Shown here one piece after another: positions 10,998 through 24,243 of a stretch of 60,252 nucleotides of DNA; the first letter of the stretch is position 1, and the number at the start of each line of letters is the position of its first letter. The notes under the pieces were generated by a model. The model saw only the letters and a program-made list of their open reading frames with translations. It did not search any database and was not told where the DNA came from. Source of the DNA: Bigelowiella natans CCMP2755 (lineage: Eukaryota > Protista > Cercozoa); contig ADNK01002846.1 of NCBI GenBank assembly GCA_000320545.1, positions 1 to 60,252 of the forward strand, read 5' to 3'. The position numbers were made by a program, and so were the translations under genes.

Positions 10998-13900
10998 TCA
11001 GCTATTTTCATACCAGTCTGCGTAGAGGGTTCCATCGATGCAAATCTCAATGACATTGCCCGTGTGCGGAATTTCAACAGCAGGCATTTGTTCTCGCTTT
11101 TTCATCACTTTCTCAGCTTCTCTGACGAGATCGAAGAATCTTGGAGAATGTTTCTTTTTCTTCTGGCTTTTGAATGCTGACAACAATGACTCGGTGAACA
11201 GTCCGTTCTGAGTATCTCCATTTTGAGCTACATCACCTTGACATGTACATAGCATACACAAGTCAAAAATATCCTTCGGCCCCAAGAATCTTTTGTGTTA
11301 CCAAAGATCAATTAATTCACCTGGCTGACAAGCGTAGAGTGTCATGCATCCTGTTAACTCTTCTTTTGCGATCTTCAAACCTCCTCTCGTCAATGAACGA
11401 TGCTTACTTACCATCGAGCGTGGCAGTCCTAATACAACAGTAGATGATGGTTGTGCTGTTTGAGTGGGGGTTGATGATTCATGCATCGGAATACCTGATG
11501 CATTACGACAACAGTCTAGCAACAGAATCTTCACGTTTGCTTCATCCAAGCCTTCGATTATACGTTTGGTACTTAGTTCTCTCCTTTTCAACTCCCTGAA
11601 ACAAGGAAATGGAGTTATTTGAATGATAATCGAAAGGGCAATACACTCTGTACCTTTCATGCTTGTAGTCGTTATCAATACCCAGTAGATAGTTATCGAA
11701 CGCGTCCTGATTCCTATTTGGTGTTTGGACACCATGGCCGGCGAAAAATACAACTGCTAGAGATTCGCCTTTATGTTGGCAGAGAGCATCTTCAAATTCT
11801 TCAATAGCTTTCTTCATACCACCACTTGTCAGGTTTTCATGATAGAAGACCTTGTAGCCGTACTCAGATCCAAATTTCTCCTTCATGGCTTGTGCATCGT
11901 TGACAGGGTTTGATCCCAATGGGCTAGTACTGTAGTTTCCATTACCGATAATCAATGCAAACTTGTGGGTAATGACAGGCTTCGGCTTCTTGCTAGGCCT
12001 CACCACTGTGGCCTGTTTTGTTTCCTTGATCGTGGTCTTGTTCATTTTCTTGATTGCCCTTTCGAACCTTTTACGGTGCGGTGTTTTCTTGAAGTATTTC
12101 TCAATTTCCTCACTTCCCTGAGATGTTATTAGAATAGGAAGAATGAATGCCACATATTATATCCAGAACTAACCTACATACTCAGACCATAAATATCACC
12201 ATGGCGCTCAAGTCCTCCACGTATTCGTAACCACCATCACGCAACGTTTTGGCGTATTCAGAGAGACGCGCTATTTTGAGAAACTGTTCAAATTCGTCAT
12301 TTTCCGGCCCCTTGCTTTCCTTATCTTGCTTTGTCAATCCGGATTTTATCTGTAAAAAGAACAGCATATTTGTGATTCTGATTAGTTGCAGTTTCTGAAG
12401 GTAACGTAATAATGACCTTCTTACTGAGACTAGAAGTGGGAGGATCTTCAACTGTAGGTGCGTTCGTTCTCTTTCGATTAGACTTTGGTGGCATTGACTT
12501 TGTTGTAAGTACGACCTCCTTCTTAGAGTTTTGCTTGGATGAACACTTGGGGCTTGTTTTCCGTATCGGTTCGTCTTCATCATCGGAAGAATCCGACTCC
12601 ATTGATGCACATTTAGGCTGTCGGATCAAACATTGATGGTCTTAGATTTGCATTGAAAATCGATCGTTACAACGATTCCTGAAGCAAGATATATTGATAT
12701 CTAACACCACAGCACGATGACTTATTCAGATTCAGACATGCACCTTTCCTGGGGAAGAAGATGCTGCTTTATCAAAAATCATTTGTCCTAGATCTCCCTT
12801 CTTCTTTCCAGAGTATCCCTTAATCTTATGTTTATTGCAACAATCTTTCAGGGAAGGAACTGTTACCGCACGTATTGCCTCTTTCTTCAAAGTCTGCACC
12901 AGTTCATCTCTTTTCTCAATCATATCACAGGAGAGATCTCGAAATCGCGCATTAGCAAAGTCTTTGATCTCGGCAATAGTTCCATTGGAGCACAACCTTG
13001 CAAAAGTCCAAAATACTTCGCCTGAAAACGCTTGGGAAGTGTTGATTTTGGTTTTTTTGGTTTTTTTGGTTTCGGCATTCATCTTTGCTGATGCTATCTT
13101 TTCAGATGCGATCTTTTTGTCGCGAAGATACTCCGTTATACTCTCATGACCACGTATTTCTGCCATGTCTATTGGCATCAGACCTGGATGACGAACCAAA
13201 ATGCAACACACACATGCACTCATCAACACAACCACCCTTCTTACTACCAGTAAACTAGTATTACGGCCACTACTAATATCAATGCTCAGTGTACCAGTCC
13301 CTGCTACTCACTACTCAATACTGATACAACTACTACTCCTCTTACTCACTACTCAAAACTATTACTAATAACAATATCACTACTGCTACCAACAACAATT
13401 ACCATCACCCACACAACACTAAAACTACTGCCTAAACGATAGCAATACTGCAACTGCCACCCACCATAATTGTTCTTCGTCTCGATGTTTGCCTTCATAC
13501 CAACCAGGTACTTGACGATCTCCAAATGGCCATTATAAGATCCCCAACCCAACGGCGTCCGACCTGGTGGTATGCGACACCATTTTAGACGCAAAAACAA
13601 CAATGACAAATCTATGCAATATCAACAACCATCCTCAAACCAACATCTTATTAATTCTTTTGTAAAGCTGATATTACTACTACTACTAATATCAATGCTC
13701 AGTGTACCAGTTCCTGCTACTCACTACTCAATACTGATACAATTCCTACTCCCCCTACTCACTACTCAAAACTATTACTAATAACAATATCACTACTGCT
13801 ACCAACAACAATTACCATCACCCACACAACACTAAAACTACTGCCTAAACGATAGCAATACTGCAGCTGCCACCCACCATAATTGTCCTTCGTCTCGATG

Positions 13901-16024
13901 TTTGCCTTCATACCAACCAGGTACTTGACGATCTCCAAATGACCCTTCATAAGTCCCACAAACAACGGCGTATTACCTGGTGGTATGCGACACCATTTTA
14001 GACGCAAAAACAACAATGACACATGTATGCAATATCAACAACCATCCTCAAACCAACATCTAATTAATTCTTTTGTAAAGCTGATATTACTACTACTACT
14101 AATATCAATGCTCAGTGTACCAGTTCCTGCTACTCACTACGCAATACTGATACAATTCCTACTCCCCCTACTCACTACTCAAAACTATTACTAATAACAA
14201 TATCACTACTGCTACCAACAACAATTACCATCACCCACACAACACTAAAACTACTGCCTAAACGATAGCAATACTGCAGCTGCTACCCACCGTGAATGTC
14301 CTTCGCCTCGATGTTTGCCTTCATACCAACAAGGTACTTGACGATCTCCAAATGGCCATTATAAGATCCCCAACCCAACGGCGTCCGACCTGGTGGTATG
14401 CGACACCATTTTAGACGCAAAAACAACAATGACAAATCTATGCAATATCAACAACCATCCTCAAACCAACATCTAATTGATTTTTGTAACGCTGATATTA
14501 CTACTACTACTAATATCAATGCTCAGTGTACCAGTTCCTGCTACTCACTACTCAATACTGATACAACTCTTACTCCTCTTACTCACTACTCAAAACTATT
14601 ACTAATACCAATATCACTACTGCTACCAACAACAATTACCATCACCCACCCAACACTAAAACTACTGCCTAAACAATAGCAATACTGCAGCTGCTATCCA
14701 CCGTTATTGTCCTTCGCCTCGATGTTTGCCTTCATACCAACCAGGTACTTGACGATCTCAAAATTGCCATTCATAAGTCCCATAAACAACGGCGTATTAC
14801 CTGGTGGTAAGCGACACCATTTTAGACGCAAAAACAACAATGACAAATCTATGCAATATCAACAACCATCCTCAAACCAACTTCTTATTAATTCTTTTGT
14901 AAAGCTGATATTACTACTACTACTAATATCAATGCTCAGTGTACCAGTTCCTGCTACTCACTACTCAATACTGATACAATTCCTACTCCCCCTACTCACT
15001 ACTCAAAACTATTACTAATAACAATATCACTACTGCTACCAACAACAATTACCATCACCCACACAACACTAAAACTACTGCCTAAACGCTAGCAATACTG
15101 CAACTGCCACCCACCATAACTGTCCTTCGCCTCGATGTTTGCCTTCATACCAACCAGGTACTTGATGGTCTCAAATTTGCCATTAAAAGATCCCCAACCC
15201 AACGGCGTATGACCTGGTGGTATGCGACACCATTTTAGACGCACAAACAACAATGACACATGTATGCAATATCAACAACCATCCTCAAACCAACATCTAA
15301 TTAATTCTTTTGTAACACTGATATTACTACTACTACTAATATCAATGCTCAGTGTACCAGTCCCCGCTACTCACCTACTCGCTCCGCAATACTGATACAA
15401 TTCCTACTCCTCTTACTCACTACTCAAAACTATTACTAATACCAATATCACTACTGCTACCAACAACAATTACCATCACTCATCCAACACTAAAACTACT
15501 GCCTAAACGATAGCAATACTGCAGCTGCTACCCACCGTGAATGTCCTTCGCCTCGATGTTTGCCTTCATACCAACCAGGTACTTGACGATCTCCAAATGA
15601 CCCTCCATAGATCCTAAAATCAACGGCGTCCGACCTGGTGGTATGCGACACCATTTTAGACGCAAAAACAACAATGACAAATCTATGCAATATCAACAAC
15701 CATCCTCAAACCAACATCTTATTAATTCTTTTGTAAAGCTGATATTACTACTACTACTAATATCAATGCTCAGTGTACCAGTTCCTGCTACTCACTACGC
15801 AATACTGATACAACTCCTACTCCCCCATCGCTGTTGCTCATGTGACCACTCTCTACTCAACAATCTTACATGCTTCTGATGCCAATGCTACTTACGACTG
15901 CTGCTTACTCACCCTGCTCATTCCTCGCCTCAATATTTGCCTTTTCCTCTATTAAACGTTTTAGAAGAGGAAGCTCATTTGGGTTCGCTGCGGCTTTGAA
16001 GATGTTACTATTGTTTGATCCCAT
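10998..16024 (-). CDS. Multi-exon ankyrin-repeat + SAM-like + caspase-family (peptidase C14, p20-like) protein
   Basis: Exon 1 (15913-16024) starts MGSNNS. Six 99-bp ankyrin exons follow, then a capping repeat GLMPIDMAEIRGH, a SAM-like segment (FEQFLKIARLSEYAKTLRDGGYEYVEDL..PHRKRFERAI), and a caspase fold FALIIGNGNY..NPVNDA..VFFAGHG..NYLLGID..ILLLDCCRN..TLYACQPG..NGLFTESLL with the His/Cys dyad intact. Confidence 0.8.
13270..15825 (-). repeat. Tandem array of about six ~413-bp exon+intron units, one ankyrin repeat each
   Basis: Phase-1 99-bp exons at 13465-13563, 13878-13976, 14291-14389, 14702-14800, 15115-15213 and 15536-15634; intervening introns are nearly identical. Confidence 0.95.
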
Positions 16025-17889
16025 AATTATGAGAGCTGCAGCAAGAAAGCAACGAAGGTGGTGATGGTGAGTTAGTTGTAGTGATGAGACTTGTCTTGAT
16101 GAGCTTGCGATAACTAGAATAAAACTGTAAGTTTATGCTTGTCGCATCTTGGTTTTCACATACTTTCCAAAGTGTTTTACATCTATGCCATTAGTCGTAC
16201 TGATTTACCAGTCATAGCCCTCTCACTAAATGAAGTTCAAGGCACTTCATTTCGTACGTTGCAAATGTCTTGTTGCATTTTGGAAATGTAGTTCTTCTTT
16301 ATCATGTTTCTTCTGTTTATTCATTACATTGTAGTCCGTCCGTCTTCCGAGCAGAGACCTTCTCAGCCACACTCAAGTCTTCATCATTTCTCCTTCGTGA
16401 CTAAATGACAAACAAGGTGAATGAAAAAATATGTGAGGGAGGTCTCTTCCTAAGAGTAGGCGTTCGTAGAGAGTTCGCAGCTGGTGATGATTATGTTGGA
16501 TATATCTGATGAGCACGTCCTTCTATACACTAGGCGTTCAAGTGCGGCAAAGACAAACAATGTGCGATCCTGGTGAAAAGGGATGAGGGCATGAATCAAA
16601 GTCGCCCAAACCCTTCTGTTTCAGACGAGAAAGGTGCAAATTTATGAAAATAGATTATAAAGATTATCACATAAACCGAAGTTAACTAACTTTCAGATGC
16701 TTACGGGCGTCACGTTGTCTCCCTAGCCGACAACACTGACTTCTTCATCGAAGTTCGAAATGAACACAAGGAGCGATGGTGTGATGTCGTAATTGAAATG
16801 GGAGGAAAGTACGTGACTATTTATAGAACTAACGCGAATTTTCGAGTCCTACCATGCATCTAATATGTAGATTGCTTGCATTTGGCTGTTAGCAAAGTTA
16901 CGTCTTGTACATGAAAACCGCAAAGTTCTATGCCAGATCCACAATTTTTGATGAGCCACGACAGTGGCACTACAGTTTCATCTGACTAAATACGCAGTAC
17001 ACACACACACACGCACGCACGCATATATTCACAAATCTCATTAAGAAGTGGAAGGCATCAACATCATCGATTCACTTTCTTTAATTTTAGGTACATTGGC
17101 ATGTGGAGGATTTCCAATTCGGACAAGATCAACGTGCGACGCCCTGTCAGTGACAAGCGAAAATTTGCTTTCCAAGCTCCGGTCAAGCATGAGTACACGC
17201 ATGAGAGCAATGTTGGCAAGGTAGTGATCGAAGCACAAATCCAAAAGCCCCACCTTAATAAACATATGACAGGGCGAATTGCCAAAAATCTAAGCACAAA
17301 TAAGCATGAAACTCAATTCACTTTTCCCATCAAATTCGTTATCTATTCAATCCAACCCACGCAAGCAGAAATCCCCAAAATGCCCGAGGATTGATATGGA
17401 AGACAGCGCGGAGAACGTTCTCAAGGTTGTTAAGTTTTGACCATGAAATCCTTGCTGTTTAGTTTGTTTAAAGTGGCAATTTTATGAGGTTAACTATCAG
17501 TGATTGTTTTAATCCAGTTTACCTTCTACCCCGAGTGGTATGAGCCAAATTTCAACCCGCGCAAGATTCCTGCTAACGTCAAGATTCATGCTCCAACGGA
17601 TAAATACTGCGCTTATAGCGTGAAGAACAGAAAGAAAGATGTTCCCGAGCGCCTGACAAGAGGGGTTGCACATTAATTCCCTTTCTATCAAAACCCGATC
17701 GTCCTTAAGAGTTGTTACATCTTTTCGTTTTCCTCACAATTTTCTTCCTAACAATGGACAAAAACGTGTGGAGCACGCACTGCGCGAAGTGTCCACAGTC
17801 CTCCTGACAGCCTGGCTTATTTCGGCAGTTGTTCAAGTCAAACGTGGTCTCCAAGCAAATTCTTGAGAAAGAGGATCACGGCATGATGG

Positions 17890-18076
17890 TTGATTGTGAT
17901 AAGTCTGTTAGTCTACGCGTCGTCCTTAAGGCTTTTCATCCGCCACAACGCAGTTTAGAGCCTCGATCTGTGATTCAATCTACATTGATTGTGATAAGTC
18001 TGTTAGTCTACGCGTCGTCCTTAAGGCTTTTCATCCGCCACAACGCAAGTTAGAGCCTCTGTGATTCAATCCACAT
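17890..18076. repeat. Two-copy tandem duplication, period about 95 bp
   Basis: ttgattgtgataagtctgttagtctacgcgtcgtccttaagg.. occurs at 17890 and 17985. Confidence 0.9.
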
Positions 18077-18299
18077 ATAGGCGCATATAGTTCTGTGTGA
18101 TGATGTACTAATGTATGTAGTTTTAGCACAAATGAAAAAACATCAGATATTTCACATGTTGGTTATCATGTACATGTGTGTGGTACGTGGCATGTGTGAG
18201 ACGGACGTAATTAAATAAAGGATTAAATAGACGAATAGCTTGCTTGCTTGCATGCGGGCAACTTTATTGCCCACGCAGCACTGCTAGACTAGCTAGCCG

Positions 18300-21200
18300 T
18301 AGAGCCAAGACCAGCTAGCCTAGGCGATGCCATGCATCAATGACGATCGCATTGTCGCATGTTGTTGTTGTCGCAACTCGTGTCATGCACTTGTTCGCGT
18401 TGCACATTGTTCCAAATTTGCAGGTGATGGCAGCGTGCTAAGAAGCATCTAGCTAGCATGTGTCAGCGTCATTGCGACGCAACTAGCAGAAGAAAGGCTC
18501 AGCTTTTTGGCTAGCAGGACATCTCAGAAATGTGTTTGGTTCTCACCAAGGGCAGAGGGCGCTTGTGGCATGGTCCATTCTTCTGAGGGCAGTCACTCGA
18601 GGACAATGAGGGCAAGCCATCGTTGGAACTTGAACCTCATCGTGATGATGGACACAGCAATGCACAATGTGCATCGTGTGCACAGTGCATTGCACGTCCA
18701 TCATGAGTGCACAATGCAATTTCATGGACTGCCTCGTGTGCTGCACGCTCAACAACATCAATCCATTCATTTCGATTTTGGATCATCCATGTGCATGAAG
18801 CTAGGCTCTTCATCATGCATGCACAAACAACAAGCTTCTTGCATGCACGAGGTGTGCACAATGATGTCATTCGTCCCATCGTGTGATTGCACCGCCCGCC
18901 AAACGTGTGCACTCAATCAGGTCGTGCATGACCCTGCGCGTGCATTGTGCAAATTCATTCGTGTGATTGATCATGCTCAAAGTGACTCTTGACGTGTTTG
19001 ACACACGTGACACCATCATCCACGTGAACTGTGCCTGACAGCGCTCAATGAGCTTTCACTTGCAACAATTGTGTGGCATGCACGTTGTGTCTTTTGTTGA
19101 ATGCCAAACCAAGAGAGTTCAAAACGGTGGCATTTGAACAAAGTGCAGATTGACACGTCTGCCACGTGCACTCCACCGCACCGTGCTGCTTGGACAGATG
19201 CGGTCCATTGTCAGGGCATCGTTTCATGCGCTTCTTCTTCTCTTTCTCTTCACTTTGAAGGGCACGATGCTCCTTGCATCTCGTGAACTCTCTGAACCCA
19301 CTGCCTGATCTGCTTCTTTGACAACCTCTTGTTTTCTTCTCTTCGTGATTGTCTTTCTCTTCACTTTGAAGGGCACGATGCTCCTTGCACCTCGTGAACT
19401 CTCTGAACCCACTGCCTGATCTGCTTCTTTGATGATGTTCATGAAAAGCGATTCAAATTTTCTCATCACCCTTTCAATGTTTTGAACGTTGAGAAGAACA
19501 AGTTCAAGTCTGCTCTGTGCCTGCAAAACAGGTTCCGTGAATTTGTCCACGTCCACTGTCGTTCCACGACCACACTTCCCCTTTGCTTGGTTGATGAGAT
19601 CCAACAAATCCAACAAGTGCAATTCAGCTTTTCCCGTCTCCAACTTGACAATGCGGATGAGATCACCTTTGAGTCTCTTCAGTTTCTGCGAAAGCGGCGA
19701 TTTCGTGTCCCTTTGATTTGCTTCCGTGTTGTCATGTGCTTGTCTCCTGGTGAGGGGGGGGGGTTGAGTTGTGTTCCCTCTTGTGGAAACACCAACGACA
19801 ACATCCCACAACAATTCTGAAAACATCGAGAAAACATCGTGGGAAATTGCAGTCCAAAAAATCGACTCATTGCCTCAAACCCCCAATTCGAGCTGCCTGC
19901 AGAGTCCTCAAAATTGACAAGTGTGGTCGCTCCAAAACAACTTTCTCGTCATCTGATCCACAAGGAAATGACATTGGCTCACAGACCCACCTGACATCAG
20001 TCCACAATCGCTGTGGATCGTTCATGCATCTCCCGCAGCCATCAGGAGGAGAGCTGATGTCGGAGCTTCGAGCCATCTGCAGAATCCTCAAAGTTGACAA
20101 GTGTGGTCGCTCCAAAACAATTTTCTCGTTGTCCAATCCACAAGGAAATGACATTGGCTCACAGACCCACCTGACATCGGTCCACAATCGCTGTGGATCG
20201 TTCACACGTCTCCCGTGGCCATCAGGAGGAGAGCTGATGTCGGAGCTTCGAGCTGTCTGCAGAACCCTCAAAATTGACAAGTGTGGTCGCTCCAAAGTGA
20301 TTTTCTCGTCACTTGATCCACAAGGAAGTGACATTGGCTTGCAGCAACGTCGCCATTGTGACAACAGACGTGCATGGACGTGCACGTCCCTGTGCGTGCA
20401 GACGTCCACGACGTGTGCACATCACGCACTTCACGTGCACCTGCAGCTGCACGTGTGCCAAGTGATGGCGCTCGTGTGTGCATGCATGCATCCATGTGTG
20501 CCATGTGTTGCCTGCAGCAGCAATGGCTTGACTGCATGACAACGCTGATGACACATCGCAAAGTGGCAACGCCTTCCAAACAAAAGTCTCATGCTGACAT
20601 TGCGTTCTCTTGCATTCGCCCTGCGCTGTGTGCCTTCAGCGTGGAAAACACACTGCGTGCACGATGTCGCTTTTGATGAAACGTGACACACGAAGACCAC
20701 TTGTTCTTGATCATTGGTGCACACAGCGATTCCGCACTTTTCAGGTGCACGCTTTGATCTTTTGCTCCTTCCAGACGTGTTGTGGTTTGCAGTGCGTGCT
20801 CGCAGACGGTCACGGATGGTCTGATCGTGGTCACGGGACTGCTGTTGCTCTTCCTCTGCCTGCTGCTGCTGCTGCTCTTGATCGTGGTTGCGAGGCTGCT
20901 GTTGCTCTTTGCATTCCTCTGCCTGCTGCTGCTGCTGCTGCTGTTGCTCTTCCCCTGCCTGCTGCTGCTGCACAAAGAATGCCACAAGCATTTTGAAACA
21001 TGGTCAAACAATTTTTGGGGACTCTGCCACAAGTTGTTTCCCAAACCCAACAACAACGTGTTCCCTGAACCCAATGCAGATGATGATTCCAATGTCAAAC
21101 AATGATGAAGCATCTTTGAATTCCCACAAATCGAAAGCATGATCACGTTGAACACTGTGCACACGTCAAAAAACATGTGAAGACATTGAAGTTTGCAAAA

Positions 21201-21496
21201 TGCATTTGCGATGTGGCAATGACAGAGAATGCATCGATCTCGTGCAAAGATGTTGAATGGGGCGCAGACGCATTCAATTGATTCCATCCGCGTGTGACTG
21301 CCAATCGTTGCATGCATTGCAAACGGCAAAATGACACAACAACTTGGAACATGGAGAGGACATGTTTGGTGCATGTGAAGAAACATGGAACCTTTGCTCC
21401 GACCCAAATCTTGAGCCATGCTCATGACAGACACAGCAATGCACAATGCACATTGTGCATGGCAGTGCGCATGCTGACGCATCAGAACACATCGTG
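18300..21496. other. TpA-free hypermutated tract containing decayed ORFs and internal duplications (origin unidentified)
   Basis: No TA dinucleotide found by eye from 18805 to 21496; the few left in 18302-18804 are CTAG except one CTAA. Confidence 0.85.
19887..20340. repeat. 180-bp tandem repeat, about 2.5 copies
   Basis: Copies start at 19887, 20067 and 20247; they differ only by transitions. Confidence 0.95.
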
Positions 21497-22903
21497 TAGA
21501 TGGCCAATTGCATAGGACAGAAACTTGAAGGAAGTGATGAATGAGGAATGAACAAAGATGAAGTAAGGAGATCATGTGTGGCATTAGCACAATAAACGCA
21601 TAGCATCTCGCTTCATGCCTGTTCGTATCTGCGGGGCGCTGTGCGCTTCTAAATGCGAGTCGCAAATGGCGATGAATTTGTACGCACGCGATTACATACA
21701 TAGGTACAGCTTAGTAATTGCATTGCATGGCACTTTATGTCGTACTAGCGATCGATCGACCTTGACGGTTTTATTAGTAAACAATCTCCAAATGAAACAC
21801 GACGGCACAGTTATCCTGTGTCTGTCCCAGACGGTGGATTACACACGCTGCTTTTTACTACTATCGCCATCGGTGCCATTTTTTTCCTTAGTATCATCAT
21901 CGTTATTATCACCCGCACCATTTCCTTGTCGGCTCTTCCTCTTGTTTTTCCTTTTCGAAGGCGGCTGTTTGTCACTCTCAATTTTCCCGACCGTCACAAC
22001 CCCGGTCTTCACTGCGCCTCGCCTGCATAACAACAAAAGGGCAGAGCTCATGAGCATCAGGGACACACAGCGTCCGAGGGGGGTGAGACTAGCTAGTGCT
22101 TGGAGACGAAAACAAAAACAAATATTCGCTTTAGCAGCGTAAAAGAGGATTTCGTGACGACGCATGTTCATATGTGCGTTTTCTCTTTGCTTCATGTTTG
22201 CCGTTAGGGAGTTACCTCGTTTCTTTCGCAGCAATGCGGCAAACCAGAGCATCGAGGAGGGGGTTGTCCCCTGGGAGCTTGAGCTCAGCATCTGATATCT
22301 GTTAAGCGTTCAAAACATTATTATCAATAGTTCTATATCGTCGCAAGAACATGTTGTGCGAGCACTTGGAGAAATAAAGCAACGTTCGAAAACACACTGA
22401 GAAGAAAGCGGGGCATTGGGTGCGACCTTGAATGCCTTGGCGAGATACGCTGTATTCACATCCTTCTGTAGCATTTCGAGCGGCACATTTCTGCCAACAA
22501 CCTTCGGAATCTGTGGGAGGGGGGGGGGGGTGAACCATCAGTTCGACCCAATAGAAACTGCTATTCCACGTGCAGCTCATGGGATTTCAAAGTAACATTA
22601 AGACCAGATCTCAACGACTGCTAGATCGACTCTATCTGCAATATAGCTTTGAATATCGGGGGCAAATTCATCTTCCACTCAAGGCTACAAGCGGCATTGA
22701 CCGCCACTATTGACGATAGTATTTCTAACACTACCTTAAGGCTTTCGCTAGATGGATCCTGGAAGATAACGAGGAGGAGACGCTTAGATGTTGCGGAGAC
22801 ACCAATTTTCGACAGGGAACGCGATATCTATGTGTTGGAAAGAGACAAAATCGTATGTGTGCTCATACAGATCTAAGGTAAATATTCAGGGATTTTATTA
22901 TCC

Positions 22904-22952
<49 letters not shown>

Positions 22953-24193
22953 GCCTACGCACGCGTAGTACATCTCCCTCCCCCCCCTCGTTTAATGTAA
23001 TGTATTAATATATACAAGAAAAGTGAGAAGAAAGGAGGAGACGAGCGGAGCGAGAAAGAGAGGGACTGCATTATGCTGTCTGAGCTACATTTGAGGAATT
23101 TGATAGATTGAAGAGAAGTTCCGTAGAGAGTGCCCTGTACGAAAATACCAAACACAATTCAGTTGTACACAATACATGTATGACAAAGCATAGGATTCTA
23201 ATCCGCACCTACAAGTTTACAGGGGTAACAAATGTGATCAATGTTGTTCGTGCTGTTTTTGAAAATAGCCAACAAAACCCCATGCACTCACGTTGTCAGC
23301 TATCCCTGCTACTGCCGCTGCTACTACTATTTACTGAGTGACAACTGTTTTACTTCGTTTCCATGATGTTTTCTTTCTGAGCTACAAGCGCACGGTTTGC
23401 CGCCACAGCGACTTGGAATTTTTCTACTATCTGCAAAGGAGGCATTCAAGCATTTTTAATTCTATGGGAGGAGGGGAAGATGAAAGGAAGTCTTTTGAGA
23501 GAAGTGGAAGACTGAAAATATCTGCAGATGGAAGAAAGCATCCGTAGATTTCTAAAGGAAAACAAGTCGTTGTGCCATATACCGATAAGCATGCAACTAA
23601 AGAATAGGAAAATAGTCTTCGAATAGGTACATTGTCTGCGTTGATGATTACTACATCAGCTGCACCACTCTTCATCCCATCGGCTATCTAAGAACGAGTT
23701 ACTCCATTAGCTTTACAGCAGAAAATAGGGAAGGGGTGTTGTAATCACGCTTGGAGAACAGATCGAGACACTTTTTGCATGTTGCCGTGAGTAGCACGTA
23801 AAAAGAGCTACCTCGGCCGAGTTTTCAACATCCTTGTAGTAAGCCATCCATCTACAAGGAGCAGGTGTACGCAAACATGCATCGCTCAGTGCTATATTGT
23901 ATCATGCCTACACTGGGTTGAAAGAGTGTTGAAACTTATTGAAAATATGTAAGTGGATGCAGGAGTGGGAGCCATGGGCTCTGTCCGCCGAAGTATAGCT
24001 GTGCAAGAGGATGAAATGTTCTCAAGCAGAGAGGTAAAGACTCGTACATTGATTGCTCGCAGGGCAGCCGAATCTCGCCGAAGTTTGCGCCCTCATTAGA
24101 AGAACTAAAAATTTATACAATGGGAAAGTGTCACGAATCAAACATTCCACGTTCAGCTCCAATAATCATGACTGTGCGTGCGTGCGTGCGTGC

Positions 24194-24243
<50 letters not shown>

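Noticed and set aside
13270-15825. CRISPR-like or diversity-generating-retroelement array
   Set aside because: Units are spliceosomal exon+intron duplications encoding ankyrin repeats. There are no cas or reverse transcriptase genes, and variation is not adenine-specific.
6599-21496. CpG methylation decay or classical RIP as the cause of the CA/TG excess
   Set aside because: CpG is abundant in these tracts and TpA is what is missing; conserved Tyr codons became His/Cys. Both C->T processes predict the opposite.
22140-24120. Possible decayed gene or TE relic
   Set aside because: Only short stop-interrupted fragments with no motif I can identify.
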